Shown in pieces: positions 26,915 to 35,802 of a DNA stretch of 64,000 bases. Every line of letters begins with the position of its first letter. Positions within the stretch are counted from its first letter, which is position 1. This DNA comes from Candidatus Angelobacter sp. (GTDB lineage: Bacteria > Chloroflexota > Limnocylindria > QHBO01), in assembly GCA_035463095.1 (NCBI GenBank), contig DATHTR010000046.1, positions 165 through 64,164 of the forward strand, read 5' to 3'. The notes under the pieces are model-generated. The model had not been told where the DNA came from. It did not search any database and worked only from the letters and a program-made list of their open reading frames with translations. Position numbers and translations under genes: made by a program.

Positions 26915-27601
26915 TCAACCTACCTTGCGGGGCACCGAACGGATCACCCGTTCCGTTCGGTTCTGGCCATCCGACATGACCGTGTCGAACCATTCGGCGG
27001 CGGCGTGCTCGGGCACGAGGCCGCTCCGCAGCACCGCCACCGAGCGGTCCCGGATCGCCCGCAGCGGCTCCGGATCGAGCCCGATCGTCGCCGTACCGAT
27101 GAGCACCGCGAGGACGTGGCGAGCCAGCTCGAGTGCCTCGGCCTTCGAGAGGCGTGGCGCCGCGGCATGGATGAGCCGCCCGTAGACCGCCTCCCCTTCG
27201 CGGAACCCCGCCTCGCGGTCCCGCGGGCTCTGCCGGCCCTCGACCTCCTCGGCCAGGCGCAGCGCCAGCATGTACACCGGCAGCGATGCCAGCGACAGGT
27301 CGAGGAGCTGCCGGAGCTGCTCGAGCGGCTCGAGGTCCGGATCCACGTAGGTCGACTCCCAGCTCATTCGCGGCCCGCGAAGGAGCCAGGTCGCAAGCTC
27401 CTCCTTGGAGGAGAAGTAGTGGTACAGCCCGGCCGGGCTCAGGTGGCACGCATGAGCGAGCGCCTTCACCGTCGCCCCGTGGAACCCGTGGCGCTCGAAG
27501 ACGGGCGCCGCGAGCAGGAACAGCTCGTAGCGACGAGCGTCCAACGACCCGCCGCGGTGCTTCCAGGGTTCGATGCTCGGGGGCGTGGGCGATTCGGTCA
27601 C
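26915..27601 (-). CDS. TetR/AcrR family transcriptional regulator (228 aa)
   Basis: GTG start. HTH FHGATVKALAHACHLSPAGLYHYFSSKEEL. Confidence 0.85.
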   Translation of the reverse strand: MTESPTPPSIEPWKHRGGSLDARRYELFLLAAPVFERHGFHGATVKALAHACHLSPAGLYHYFSSKEELATWLLRGPRMSWESTYVDPDLEPLEQLRQLLDLSLASLPVYMLALRLAEEVEGRQSPRDREAGFREGEAVYGRLIHAAAPRLSKAEALELARHVLAVLIGTATIGLDPEPLRAIRDRSVAVLRSGLVPEHAAAEWFDTVMSDGQNRTERVIRSVPRKVG

Positions 27602-27688
27602 CCACCGACGGTAGCATCCGCCCGCGACCGTCGATCCGGCACCGCGCTTGCTTATGGGCCGTGCGACTACCGCTCACACGGAGGGACC

Positions 27689-27772
27689 ATGGGCCGCATC
27701 CTGCTCGGCGTCATCATCGGCGTCGTCCTCGTCATCTGGCTGCTGGCGTCCTGTCTCGGCGCCATCTTCTAG
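27689..27772 (+). CDS. possible 27-aa hydrophobic micro-protein divergent from TetR
   Basis: Tail of track ORF 25967..27772: GGAGGG then ATG 27689, MGRILLGVIIGVVLVIWLLASCLGAIF, stop at 27770-27772. Single TM. Confidence 0.3.
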   Translation: MGRILLGVIIGVVLVIWLLASCLGAIF

Positions 27773-27889
27773 GCGGCGCCCCGCGCGCGTCGGCAATGTG
27801 GCGTACGAACCGTCGGCTCCCCGGCCGATGCCCGCTGGCGCCGGCCGGAACAGGCTGAGCGCCTGACCGTCCGCCTCGGAGCTGCGCAC

Positions 27890-28330
27890 GTGCCTCGACC
27901 TGACCCTGACCGCCTGCTGCCGGTGGTCCTCGCCTACCTGCCGGTGGCAGGTGCCGGTGCCGTCCTGTCCGCTGCTTGGAACGTCGGCGCCTCCCCGGAC
28001 GGCGACGCCGGCGACATGGTGCTGCGCGGCACGGCCCTCACGCCACCGCTGTTCCTGCCGATCGCGCTGCTCACCGGCGCGGTGGCCGCCCGACGCGGCG
28101 GCCGAACACGGCGCGCGGGCGCCGGCGTCGTGGCCCTCGTCGGGGTCGCCTTCCTGGCCGGCAGCACGGCGAACCTGCCGAACGACCTCGCGGCTGCCGA
28201 AGCCGCCGGGACGCCCCGCGCGCTCACCGGCGTGCTGGCCATCATTCACCTGGCCCTGGCGATCACCCTCCTGTTCCATGCGGTCCCGACCCTGCTCGGT
28301 CGTCGCCGAAGCTCGGACGCAGCCGTCTGA
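27890..28330 (+). CDS. membrane protein of unknown function (146 aa)
   Basis: GTG start. High third-position GC through the whole frame. Four hydrophobic segments. Confidence 0.55.
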   Translation: MPRPDPDRLLPVVLAYLPVAGAGAVLSAAWNVGASPDGDAGDMVLRGTALTPPLFLPIALLTGAVAARRGGRTRRAGAGVVALVGVAFLAGSTANLPNDLAAAEAAGTPRALTGVLAIIHLALAITLLFHAVPTLLGRRRSSDAAV

Positions 28331-28384
28331 GCCGACCTCCCGTCGGCTGATTTCGGAGGTAGCGCTGTCCGCGCCTGGCGAGCC

Positions 28385-29659
28385 CTACGTCGACCGGCTG
28401 GGGCGCTCGATCCGGCGCAGGGGCCGGACGAACATGGCGATCACCGCGATCATGGTCGTCAGGGCGGCGATGACCGCCAGTGCCGCTCCCAGGGGAACCC
28501 ACTCGAGGAGGAGGCCGGTGATGAGGACGCCGAACGGGATCGCGCCGTTCACCAGCGTGGCGTAGGTCCCGAAGACCCGGCCGCGGAGGGCCTCGGGGGT
28601 CCGCTCGCCCAGCACGGTGAGCACGAGCGGCCCCACCGCGCCGATCGACAGGCCAATGGCGAGCATCGCAGGCAGCGCCACGACCACCGGCGGCACGGTG
28701 GCGAGCACCCAGACCGGCATCCCGACCAGCACGAGGCCGATGCGGAGCACGGCCGACCGCGAGAGCCGATCGGCGAGCGCCCCGTACGTCACCGAGCTCG
28801 TGACGCTCCCCACCCCGAACGCTCCGATGAGGAGGCCGAGATCGGTCGCCGAACCGGTGGCCTGGTTCGCGTACACCGGCAGCACCACGAGGAAGACGGG
28901 GTTCATCAGCACGTTGATGGCGCCGATGAGGAGGATGAGCGAACGGAGCAGCGGATCCCCGAACAGAAAGGCAAAGCCCTCCCGCACTCGCGCGAACCAG
29001 TGGGCGACGTCGCCGTCGACCGTGGCGCGGATGACCGGCACGAAGATGCCGACCAGGGCGGCCGAGATGGCGAACGTGACCACGTCGATCCAGATCACCG
29101 CCGTCGGCCCGATGAGCGAGATGAGGATGCCGGCCAGCGGCGGGCCGGCGAGATGCGTGAGGCGCCTGATCGTCTCGGCCGCCGCGTTCAGGCGGTCGAG
29201 ACGCATGCCGGCACGCTCGGCGAGCGACGGCAGCACGCTCTGGCGAGCGGTGATGCCGGGGATGTCGAGCACCGAGCCGAGAAAGACGAGGACCACCACG
29301 TGCCAGATCTCGAGCACGCCCAGCAGGGCGAGGGTCGGCACGAGCGCGATCGTGGCCCCGCTCGCGATGTCGGCGACGATGCTCACCGGACGGAACCCGA
29401 ACCGGTCGACCACCGCGCCCCCCACGATCCCGCCGATCACGAGCGGTACCAGCGATGCGAAGCCCGTCAGGGCGGTCAGGGCAGGCGACCCGGTCTCCTG
29501 CAGCACGAACCACGGCAGGGCGATGGCAGCCATCATGTCGCCGAGGCCGCTCAGGCCATTGGCGGTCAGCAGCGCCACCACCGCGACTCGCCCGCGCCGG
29601 GTGCCGGCACGGGCGGAGTCGTCGGGATCGGTCGGGGATGGCTCGAGCATCGGCCGCAT
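28385..29659 (-). CDS. MFS transporter (EntS/MFS_3-like, 424 aa)
   Basis: 12 hydrophobic helices. N-terminal VALLTANGLSGLGDMMAAIALPWFVL is typical of this MFS subfamily. Confidence 0.85.
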   Translation of the reverse strand: MRPMLEPSPTDPDDSARAGTRRGRVAVVALLTANGLSGLGDMMAAIALPWFVLQETGSPALTALTGFASLVPLVIGGIVGGAVVDRFGFRPVSIVADIASGATIALVPTLALLGVLEIWHVVVLVFLGSVLDIPGITARQSVLPSLAERAGMRLDRLNAAAETIRRLTHLAGPPLAGILISLIGPTAVIWIDVVTFAISAALVGIFVPVIRATVDGDVAHWFARVREGFAFLFGDPLLRSLILLIGAINVLMNPVFLVVLPVYANQATGSATDLGLLIGAFGVGSVTSSVTYGALADRLSRSAVLRIGLVLVGMPVWVLATVPPVVVALPAMLAIGLSIGAVGPLVLTVLGERTPEALRGRVFGTYATLVNGAIPFGVLITGLLLEWVPLGAALAVIAALTTMIAVIAMFVRPLRRIERPSRST

Positions 29660-29684
29660 GCTAGCGGCCCCGCCCCGCGGGGGC

Positions 29685-30155
29685 TCAGCCCATCGGCTTG
29701 ACCACCATCAGGAAGACCAGGATGGCGATGAGCGCCATGAGCGCCCAGGTGCCGATGCGGGCGCGCGGATCGTCGATGACGGCGTCGAGCGACTCCCCCT
29801 CACCGAGATCCGCTGCGAGGGACGCTCGCTCCAGCCGCTCCACCCAGGGATCGGTGATGGTGAGGCCGATGGCGAAGGCGGCGGCGAAGGCGAGGTACGA
29901 GAGGAGCAGCCAGGGCCGGAGCAGGTCGATCTGCCCGGCGAGCGCCGCGATGATGCCGAAGGCCAGCCCGGCGAGGAACAGCCCGCTCGCCAGCGGGCCG
30001 GACAGTGGCTTCGTCCGCTCGACGGCGGTACGGATCGCGGTGACGTCGCGGCTGGACGCGACGCGGCGCACGACGAGCTCCCCGCTGATCGCCAGCGCCA
30101 CGGCGAAGAACATGGTGACGACGTGCAGGTACTTGAAGGCCACGAACAGATCCAT
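29685..30155 (-). CDS. integral membrane protein (DUF2269-like, 156 aa)
   Basis: Four TM helices, starting FKYLHVVTMFFAVALAISG. TGATG stop/start junction with the upstream TetR gene. Confidence 0.65.
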   Translation of the reverse strand: MDLFVAFKYLHVVTMFFAVALAISGELVVRRVASSRDVTAIRTAVERTKPLSGPLASGLFLAGLAFGIIAALAGQIDLLRPWLLLSYLAFAAAFAIGLTITDPWVERLERASLAADLGEGESLDAVIDDPRARIGTWALMALIAILVFLMVVKPMG

Positions 30156-30754
30156 CAGTGCATCCCCTTCCTCGAGGTCCGATACGTCCGAGCCACTTCG
30201 GCGGCCGCCCCGTCGACGTCCAGGCCATCGTCGCGGAACGAGATCCAGGCGCCACGCGACGTCAACGCCGTGACGACCGAGACGACCGATGCGCCGGCGC
30301 CCGAGCCGGCCGCCTCGGCGACCAGGGCGCGACGGCGGCGGTCGACGTCACGCAGCCACGCGTCCACCTCGACCAGCGACCGGCGGTCGACCTGGAGGTG
30401 ATCCCAACTCGAGCCGAGTGCGTCCCACCACGCGAACATTGCCCGAGCGGCGAAGCGCACGGCCTCGACCCGGTCCTGCGCGCCGACGAGCACGGCGTCG
30501 GTCGGCAGCGGTAGGAGCTCGTCGCTCAGCTGGCCGCAGGCGCGGATGAGGTCGCTCATCCGCGGGAAGTGGTTGAGGACGGTGGCGGGTGACAGTCCGG
30601 CCCGTCGGGCGACGTCCCGGACCGTCGTTCGGGTGATGCCCTGCTCGTCGTGGACCTGGAGCGTCGCCTCCACGATGCGCCGGTGGGTCTGCGCGGCACT
30701 CTCGGCACGCTTTCCGAGCCGATACGGACGCCGATTCCGTTTCACTGAACGCAT
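30155..30754 (-). CDS. TetR family transcriptional regulator (199 aa)
   Basis: HTH ITRTTVRDVARRAGLSPATVLNHFPRMSDL. First gene of the TetR-membrane-MFS string. Confidence 0.85.
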   Translation of the reverse strand: MRSVKRNRRPYRLGKRAESAAQTHRRIVEATLQVHDEQGITRTTVRDVARRAGLSPATVLNHFPRMSDLIRACGQLSDELLPLPTDAVLVGAQDRVEAVRFAARAMFAWWDALGSSWDHLQVDRRSLVEVDAWLRDVDRRRRALVAEAAGSGAGASVVSVVTALTSRGAWISFRDDGLDVDGAAAEVARTYRTSRKGMH

Positions 30755-30760
30755 CGTTCA
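30746..30760. promoter_or_regulatory. perfect 15-bp palindrome TGAACG-CAT-CGTTCA centred on the TetR (30155..30754) start codon; candidate operator
   Basis: Read directly. Adjacent to the only AT-rich stretch (CCAATATATCAGGG) of the divergent intergenic region. Confidence 0.35.
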
Positions 30761-30884
30761 TCCAATATATCAGGGAGTGTTGACGTCGACCATCCCATCA
30801 CGAAGAACGCGGCCGGGAACCGCCACGCGCGGATCTCCGGGGCGGGTGCGTCTCGATCGGCACCGGTCGTGCACCCGGTGGGTC

Positions 30885-31817
30885 ATGCCACCGGAGACTC
30901 GGCCGTTCAGGTTCGGCCTCTCGGTCCCCACCCGGGACGTGACCCGTCGTGGGGTCCTGGAGCTGGCCCGACGGGCCGAGTCCGCCGGCATCCAGGTCCT
31001 CCTCGGCTCGGATCACCTCGGCGGCTGGGGCGCGTTGCCGCTGCTCCAGGCAGCAGCGCAGGCGACCAGCCTCCGCATCGGCAGCCTGGTCCTCAACAAC
31101 GACCTGCGCCACCCCGCGGTCCTTGCCCAGGAGCTCGCCACGATCGATCTCGTCACGGACGGGCGTCTCGAGATCGGCATCGGTGCGGGCTGGAATCGCC
31201 CGGAGTACGAGGCGGCCGGGCTGGCGTTCGACGCCCCTCCGCAGCGAATCGCCAGGATGCGCGCCGCCGTGGCGATGCTGCGGTCCGCGCTGCGGGATGG
31301 GGTGATCGAGCACGACGCGGACGATGCCTACCCGACGATCCGCCAGACCGGGCTCCCGACCTCGGTCCAGCGCCCCCACCCGCCGATCCTGGTCGGCGGC
31401 GGGGGCCCCAGACTGCTGGCCTACGCGGCACGCGAGGCGAACATCGTCGGCCTCGATCCCCGTTCGCTTCCGGACGGGGGCCACGATCCGCTCGACGTCA
31501 CGGCAGGCGCGATCGATCGGAAGGTCGGGTGGATCCGGGATGCTGCCGGCGATCGGTGGGGCGAGCTCGAGATCAACGTCGCCATCTATGACGTCGACCC
31601 GGAGTACGAGCGTCGCGGCATGCCGCGACCAGATCCGGCTCGCCGCTTTCCCGATGCCGAGGTGGCGGCGAGTCCCCACTACCTGGTCGGCGACGCCGAT
31701 CGGATGGTGGAGGACCTCCAGGAACGCCGTGAGCGATGGGGCATCAGCTACCTCGTCATCGGCGAGCAGCACCTCGACGTCATGCGACCGGTGGTCGAGC
31801 GCCTGTCGGGTCGGTGA
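30885..31817 (+). CDS. LLM-class (luciferase-like) F420/flavin-dependent oxidoreductase (310 aa)
   Basis: ORF 30546 trimmed to ATG 30885. FRFGLSVP...SDHLGG...LVLNNDLRHPAVLAQELATIDLVTDGRLEIGIGAGW. Confidence 0.8.
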   Translation: MPPETRPFRFGLSVPTRDVTRRGVLELARRAESAGIQVLLGSDHLGGWGALPLLQAAAQATSLRIGSLVLNNDLRHPAVLAQELATIDLVTDGRLEIGIGAGWNRPEYEAAGLAFDAPPQRIARMRAAVAMLRSALRDGVIEHDADDAYPTIRQTGLPTSVQRPHPPILVGGGGPRLLAYAAREANIVGLDPRSLPDGGHDPLDVTAGAIDRKVGWIRDAAGDRWGELEINVAIYDVDPEYERRGMPRPDPARRFPDAEVAASPHYLVGDADRMVEDLQERRERWGISYLVIGEQHLDVMRPVVERLSGR

Positions 31818-31870
31818 CGGCCGCCGAGAATGGCCCGATGTGGCGACGGACCTCGTCTCTCACGGGCGCG

Positions 31871-33901
31871 TCAGCGCCAGGCGATCGAGGTCGCGGCAAC
31901 CGGCTCGCTGATGCCCTTGAGGTTGAGCGTGTGGGTCGAGGTGGATCGGATCGTTCGGTTGAGACCCTCGAGGGTCGAGTCGCTGACGAGGATCTCGGAG
32001 GGCGCGGCGGCGGCACCGATGCGCGCGGCATAGTTCACGCCGAGGCCGATGTAGTCGAGGCCGGCGCGACTCGCCTCCGCCGTGTGCAGGCCGATGCGGA
32101 CCGCCGGGGCGAATCCCTGCCGATCGCCCTGGTCCGCCAGGCGACGCTGGATCGACACCGAGGCATCCAGCGCGGCGCCGGGATCCGCGAAGGCCAGGAA
32201 GAACCCGTCGCCGGTGGCCTTGATCTCCTCTCCGCCATGCTCGGCGACGATCGTGCGGATCAGCCCATCGTGCCAGCGCACCAGCCGCGCCCACGCCTCG
32301 TCCCCCATGATCTCGGCGAGCTTCGTGGAGTCCACGATGTCGGTGAACATGAACGTTCGCGCGACGCGCTCGTCCGGGGCGGCGCGAGGGTCCGACGCAT
32401 CGCGGTCACGCTGAAGGTCGGCCAGTCGGGCCTCGACGCGGCGCAGGTCCGGCGTCGCCCCGACCTCCTCGAACGCGCCGCGGGCAGCGTGGAGCTCGAG
32501 CATTGCCTGCTCGACGTCGCCGAGGGCCTCCAGCGACTCCGCCAGCTGTGCGCGAGCACGGGCCGCCTCGTAGCGCCCTCCGAGCTCGTTCCACGCGCCG
32601 ATGGCGGGGCGCAGCGTCTCGGCCGCGGCGGCGGCATCGCCCGACGCCAGGAGCACCATGCCTCGGGCGCCGGCAGCGATGGCACGGGCGAACGTTCCGC
32701 CGAATCGCTGGCTGATCTCGGCGAGCTCGTCGGCGGCGGCTGACGCCGCGGAGAGATCGCCGGCCGCAACGGCGATCTCGACCTGGGCGCGCAGCAACGG
32801 CAGACGGTGGAGCGGACTCCCCGGTGGAGCGCGCCAGTTCGGCAGCGTCGACGGCTCGGCGAGCGCCCGACGGATGCTCGCCTGCGCGGCGTCGAGACGG
32901 CCCTGGGCCAGGCGAATCAGCGAGAGCACCGGCTCCGGATCGCGGCCGAGTGCGTGGGCACGGACCGCAGCCTCCTCGGCGGCCACGACGTCGCCCCGCA
33001 GCAGACGCAGCTCGGCGATGCGATAGAACGCGTTCCCGGCCGCCGCGGGCATGAACCCGGCGAGCTCGACCGAGGCCTGCCGCGCCTCGGCCTCGGCCTC
33101 CAGCCAGGCCCCGCGCAGCTGCTTGATCTCGGAGCGGAAGAGGCGGCACATGCCAGGGTAGCCGTTGATCCCCTCCCGCCGGCACCATCGGTCCTGCGCC
33201 TCGGTCCAGCTCGCGGCTCGAGCCCACTCGCCGAGCGCCGCGCAGGCCTCGATGCTGGTGCAGCACACCCCTCCCGCGACGGTCGGCTCGAGCTCGCCGC
33301 CGACCGCGGCGATCGTCGCCTCGTCGATCAGCGCGAGCCCCTCGTCCACCTTGCCGTTCATGGTCAGGGCGAACCCCTTCTCGCTGCTCGCGATCGCCGC
33401 GAGATTTCGGTCCCCCACCCTCGTCGCGATCTCCAGGCCGCGCGATGCGGCGTCCAGCGCGGCCTCCACGTCCCCGGTCAGGGCCGCGCGGAAGGAGCGC
33501 ACGACTGCCAGGTAGCCGTGGCCGAGTCCTTCCGGCCCGTCGCCCAGCAGGCGCTCCGCGTGCGCGATCCACGCCCCGGCGACGACGGCGTCGTTCCGAA
33601 GCAGGTTGTATCGGGCGAGCCCGATCGCCGACATGACCGCCGCCTGCGCGTCTCCCGCTCGAATGGCGCCGCCATAGGCACGTTCGCCGACCTCGATCGC
33701 GAGCGGCAGCTGACCGGTCCACCACGCGGCCTCCGCCAGGAGCGTGAGCTCGTCCGGACCCAGCGCCTGCTCGCCATCGGCCGCAGACAGGAGGTCGAAC
33801 GCCTCGCGCCAGGCGTGACGGTGCAGCGCCTCCGTTCCGCGCTGCACGAGCGACGGCGTGGTCGCCGCAGCCGACACCGGCCTGTCGTCGTGCTCGGACA
33901 T
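31871..33901 (-). CDS. TPR-like helical repeat protein with C-terminal class III adenylate/guanylate cyclase domain (676 aa)
   Basis: C-terminal RTFMFTDIVDSTKLAE...IKATGDGFFLAFAD...RIGLHTAEA...GLGVNYAARI. About 480 aa of A/L/R-rich helical repeats upstream. Confidence 0.85.
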   Translation of the reverse strand: MSEHDDRPVSAAATTPSLVQRGTEALHRHAWREAFDLLSAADGEQALGPDELTLLAEAAWWTGQLPLAIEVGERAYGGAIRAGDAQAAVMSAIGLARYNLLRNDAVVAGAWIAHAERLLGDGPEGLGHGYLAVVRSFRAALTGDVEAALDAASRGLEIATRVGDRNLAAIASSEKGFALTMNGKVDEGLALIDEATIAAVGGELEPTVAGGVCCTSIEACAALGEWARAASWTEAQDRWCRREGINGYPGMCRLFRSEIKQLRGAWLEAEAEARQASVELAGFMPAAAGNAFYRIAELRLLRGDVVAAEEAAVRAHALGRDPEPVLSLIRLAQGRLDAAQASIRRALAEPSTLPNWRAPPGSPLHRLPLLRAQVEIAVAAGDLSAASAAADELAEISQRFGGTFARAIAAGARGMVLLASGDAAAAAETLRPAIGAWNELGGRYEAARARAQLAESLEALGDVEQAMLELHAARGAFEEVGATPDLRRVEARLADLQRDRDASDPRAAPDERVARTFMFTDIVDSTKLAEIMGDEAWARLVRWHDGLIRTIVAEHGGEEIKATGDGFFLAFADPGAALDASVSIQRRLADQGDRQGFAPAVRIGLHTAEASRAGLDYIGLGVNYAARIGAAAAPSEILVSDSTLEGLNRTIRSTSTHTLNLKGISEPVAATSIAWR

Positions 33902-33942
33902 CCTGGGTATTGTCGCGCGCGGTTCAAGCGCCGCCGAGGCCG

Positions 33943-34572
33943 TCAGTCGGTCGGCGGCCTCCCAAGGAGCTGCTCGAAGGGAATCGGCTCGTCGAACGGG
34001 TCGGAGGGCCGCACGCGCGGCGAGCCGGCCATCGCGGCGGCGAGCTCCGCGCCGGCTCGCGCGATCCGGTCGGTGAGCGCTCCATCGGCAGGCGCGCCCG
34101 CCTGCCCCCAGTCCTCGCTGGCGGCATAGACCGCGGTCCGCATGACCGTGCCGCCGAGATACGTGAACAGCGGCCGGACGGCGTGGTCCAGGGCCAGCGA
34201 ATGCCGGGCCGTGCCGCCGGTGGCTCCGATGAGCACCGGCATGCCTTCCAGCGCCTCGTGCTCGACCACGTCGAAGAACAGCTTGAACAGGCCCGAGTAG
34301 GAACCGGAGAAGATCGGGGTCACGGCGATCAGCCCATCGGCCTCCACCACCGCGTCGATCGTCCCCTGCAGCGCCCTCGGCGGAAAGCCCGTCAGCAGGT
34401 GGTTCACCAGGTCCTGCGCGTGGTCGCGCAGCTCGACGACCGTCGTGGCGACCTCGACCCCGGCCTCGCCCAGCGCCCGCTCGGCGCCAGCCACCAGCCG
34501 GTCGGCGAGGAGCCGTGTGCTCGACGGCTGGGACAGGCCCGCCGTCACCACGACGAGCGAGCGGGCGGTCAT
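33943..34572 (-). CDS. NAD(P)H-dependent FMN reductase (CE1759-type, 209 aa)
   Basis: LVVVTAGLSQPSSTR...GLIAVTPIFSGSYSGLFKLFFD. ATGA-type 4-nt overlap with the upstream LLM gene. Confidence 0.8.
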   Translation of the reverse strand: MTARSLVVVTAGLSQPSSTRLLADRLVAGAERALGEAGVEVATTVVELRDHAQDLVNHLLTGFPPRALQGTIDAVVEADGLIAVTPIFSGSYSGLFKLFFDVVEHEALEGMPVLIGATGGTARHSLALDHAVRPLFTYLGGTVMRTAVYAASEDWGQAGAPADGALTDRIARAGAELAAAMAGSPRVRPSDPFDEPIPFEQLLGRPPTD

Positions 34573-35711
34573 CGCACGGCGGCAGCGAGCGTCGGCGGCG
34601 GCCCCGTCGGGGCCGGACCGACGGACGCAGCGACTCCGGCGCCCCCGGCGGCCAGCCGGCTGGCGTGCGTCGGCGGGTCGGAGGGGACGTGGGCCGGCCG
34701 CAGCGCGTCGAACTCCCGCCGCAGGACCGGCACGATCTCGCCGAGCAGCTCGAGCTGCTCGAGCACCGTCTTCAGCGGCAGGCCGGCGTGGTCGACGAGG
34801 AACAGCTGGCGCTGGTAGTCGCCGGCGAACTCGCGGAAGCCGAGCGTGCGCTCGATCACCTGCTCAGGGCTGCCGACCGTGAGGGGCGTCGTGTCGGCGT
34901 ACTCCTCGAGGGAGGGCCCGCCGCCGTACACCGGCGCGCGGTCGAAGTACGGCCGAAATTCGCGGATCGCGTCCTGCGAGTTGCGGCGCATGAACACCTG
35001 GCCGCCCAGGCCGACGATCGCGGTGTCGGCCGGACCGTGGCCGTAATGCTCCCAGCGTCGCCGATACAGCCCGACCATCCGCTTCACGTGGAAGGAGGGC
35101 CAGAAGATGTTGTTGTGGAGGAACCCGTCGCCGTAGTAGGCGGCCTGCTCCGCGATCTCGGGCGCACGGATCGAGCCGTGCCACACGAACGGCGGGATGC
35201 CGTCGAGCGGTCGCGGCGTGGCCGTGAAGCCGGCGAGCGGCGAGCGGAAGCTGCCGGACCAGTCAACCACGTCCTCGCGCCAGAGCCGGTGGAGCAGCGC
35301 GTAGTTCTCGACCGCCAGCGGGATGCCGTTGCGGATGTCCTGTCCGAACCACGGGTAGACCGGCCCGGTGTTGCCGCGACCCAGCATGAGGTCGACGCGC
35401 CCGCCGGCGAGATGCTGGAGCATCGCGTAGTCCTCGGCGATCTTCACCGGGTCATTGGTGGTGATGAGGGTCGTGGCCGTCGACAGGGTGATGCGCTCGG
35501 TCTTGGCCGCGATGTAGGCGAGGGTCGTCGTCGGCGACGAGGAGAAGAACGGCGGGTTGTGGTGCTCGCCGAGGGCGAAGACGTCGAGCCCGACCTCCTC
35601 CGCCTTCCGGGCGATGGCCACCACCGACTGGATCCGCTCGGCCTCGCTCGGCGTGCGGCCGGTCGTCGGGTCGGTCGTGATGTCGCTGACCGAGAAAACG
35701 CCGAACTGCAT
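34569..35711 (-). CDS. LLM-class flavin-dependent monooxygenase/oxidoreductase (CE1758-type, 380 aa)
   Basis: 1036-aa track ORF trimmed to ATG 35711 (MQFGVFSVSD). GEHHNPPFFSSSP and DLMLGRGN. The remainder of the track ORF is antisense to two well-supported genes. Confidence 0.85.
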   Translation of the reverse strand: MQFGVFSVSDITTDPTTGRTPSEAERIQSVVAIARKAEEVGLDVFALGEHHNPPFFSSSPTTTLAYIAAKTERITLSTATTLITTNDPVKIAEDYAMLQHLAGGRVDLMLGRGNTGPVYPWFGQDIRNGIPLAVENYALLHRLWREDVVDWSGSFRSPLAGFTATPRPLDGIPPFVWHGSIRAPEIAEQAAYYGDGFLHNNIFWPSFHVKRMVGLYRRRWEHYGHGPADTAIVGLGGQVFMRRNSQDAIREFRPYFDRAPVYGGGPSLEEYADTTPLTVGSPEQVIERTLGFREFAGDYQRQLFLVDHAGLPLKTVLEQLELLGEIVPVLRREFDALRPAHVPSDPPTHASRLAAGGAGVAASVGPAPTGPPPTLAAAVR

Positions 35712-35802
35712 GATCGTCCCTGTCCTTCTCCGGCCATGGTGGCCGATGTTCGCTTGCGTGTACGCTGCGGCAACCGCCGTGCCCTCGCAGTATCCCACAC
35801 GA

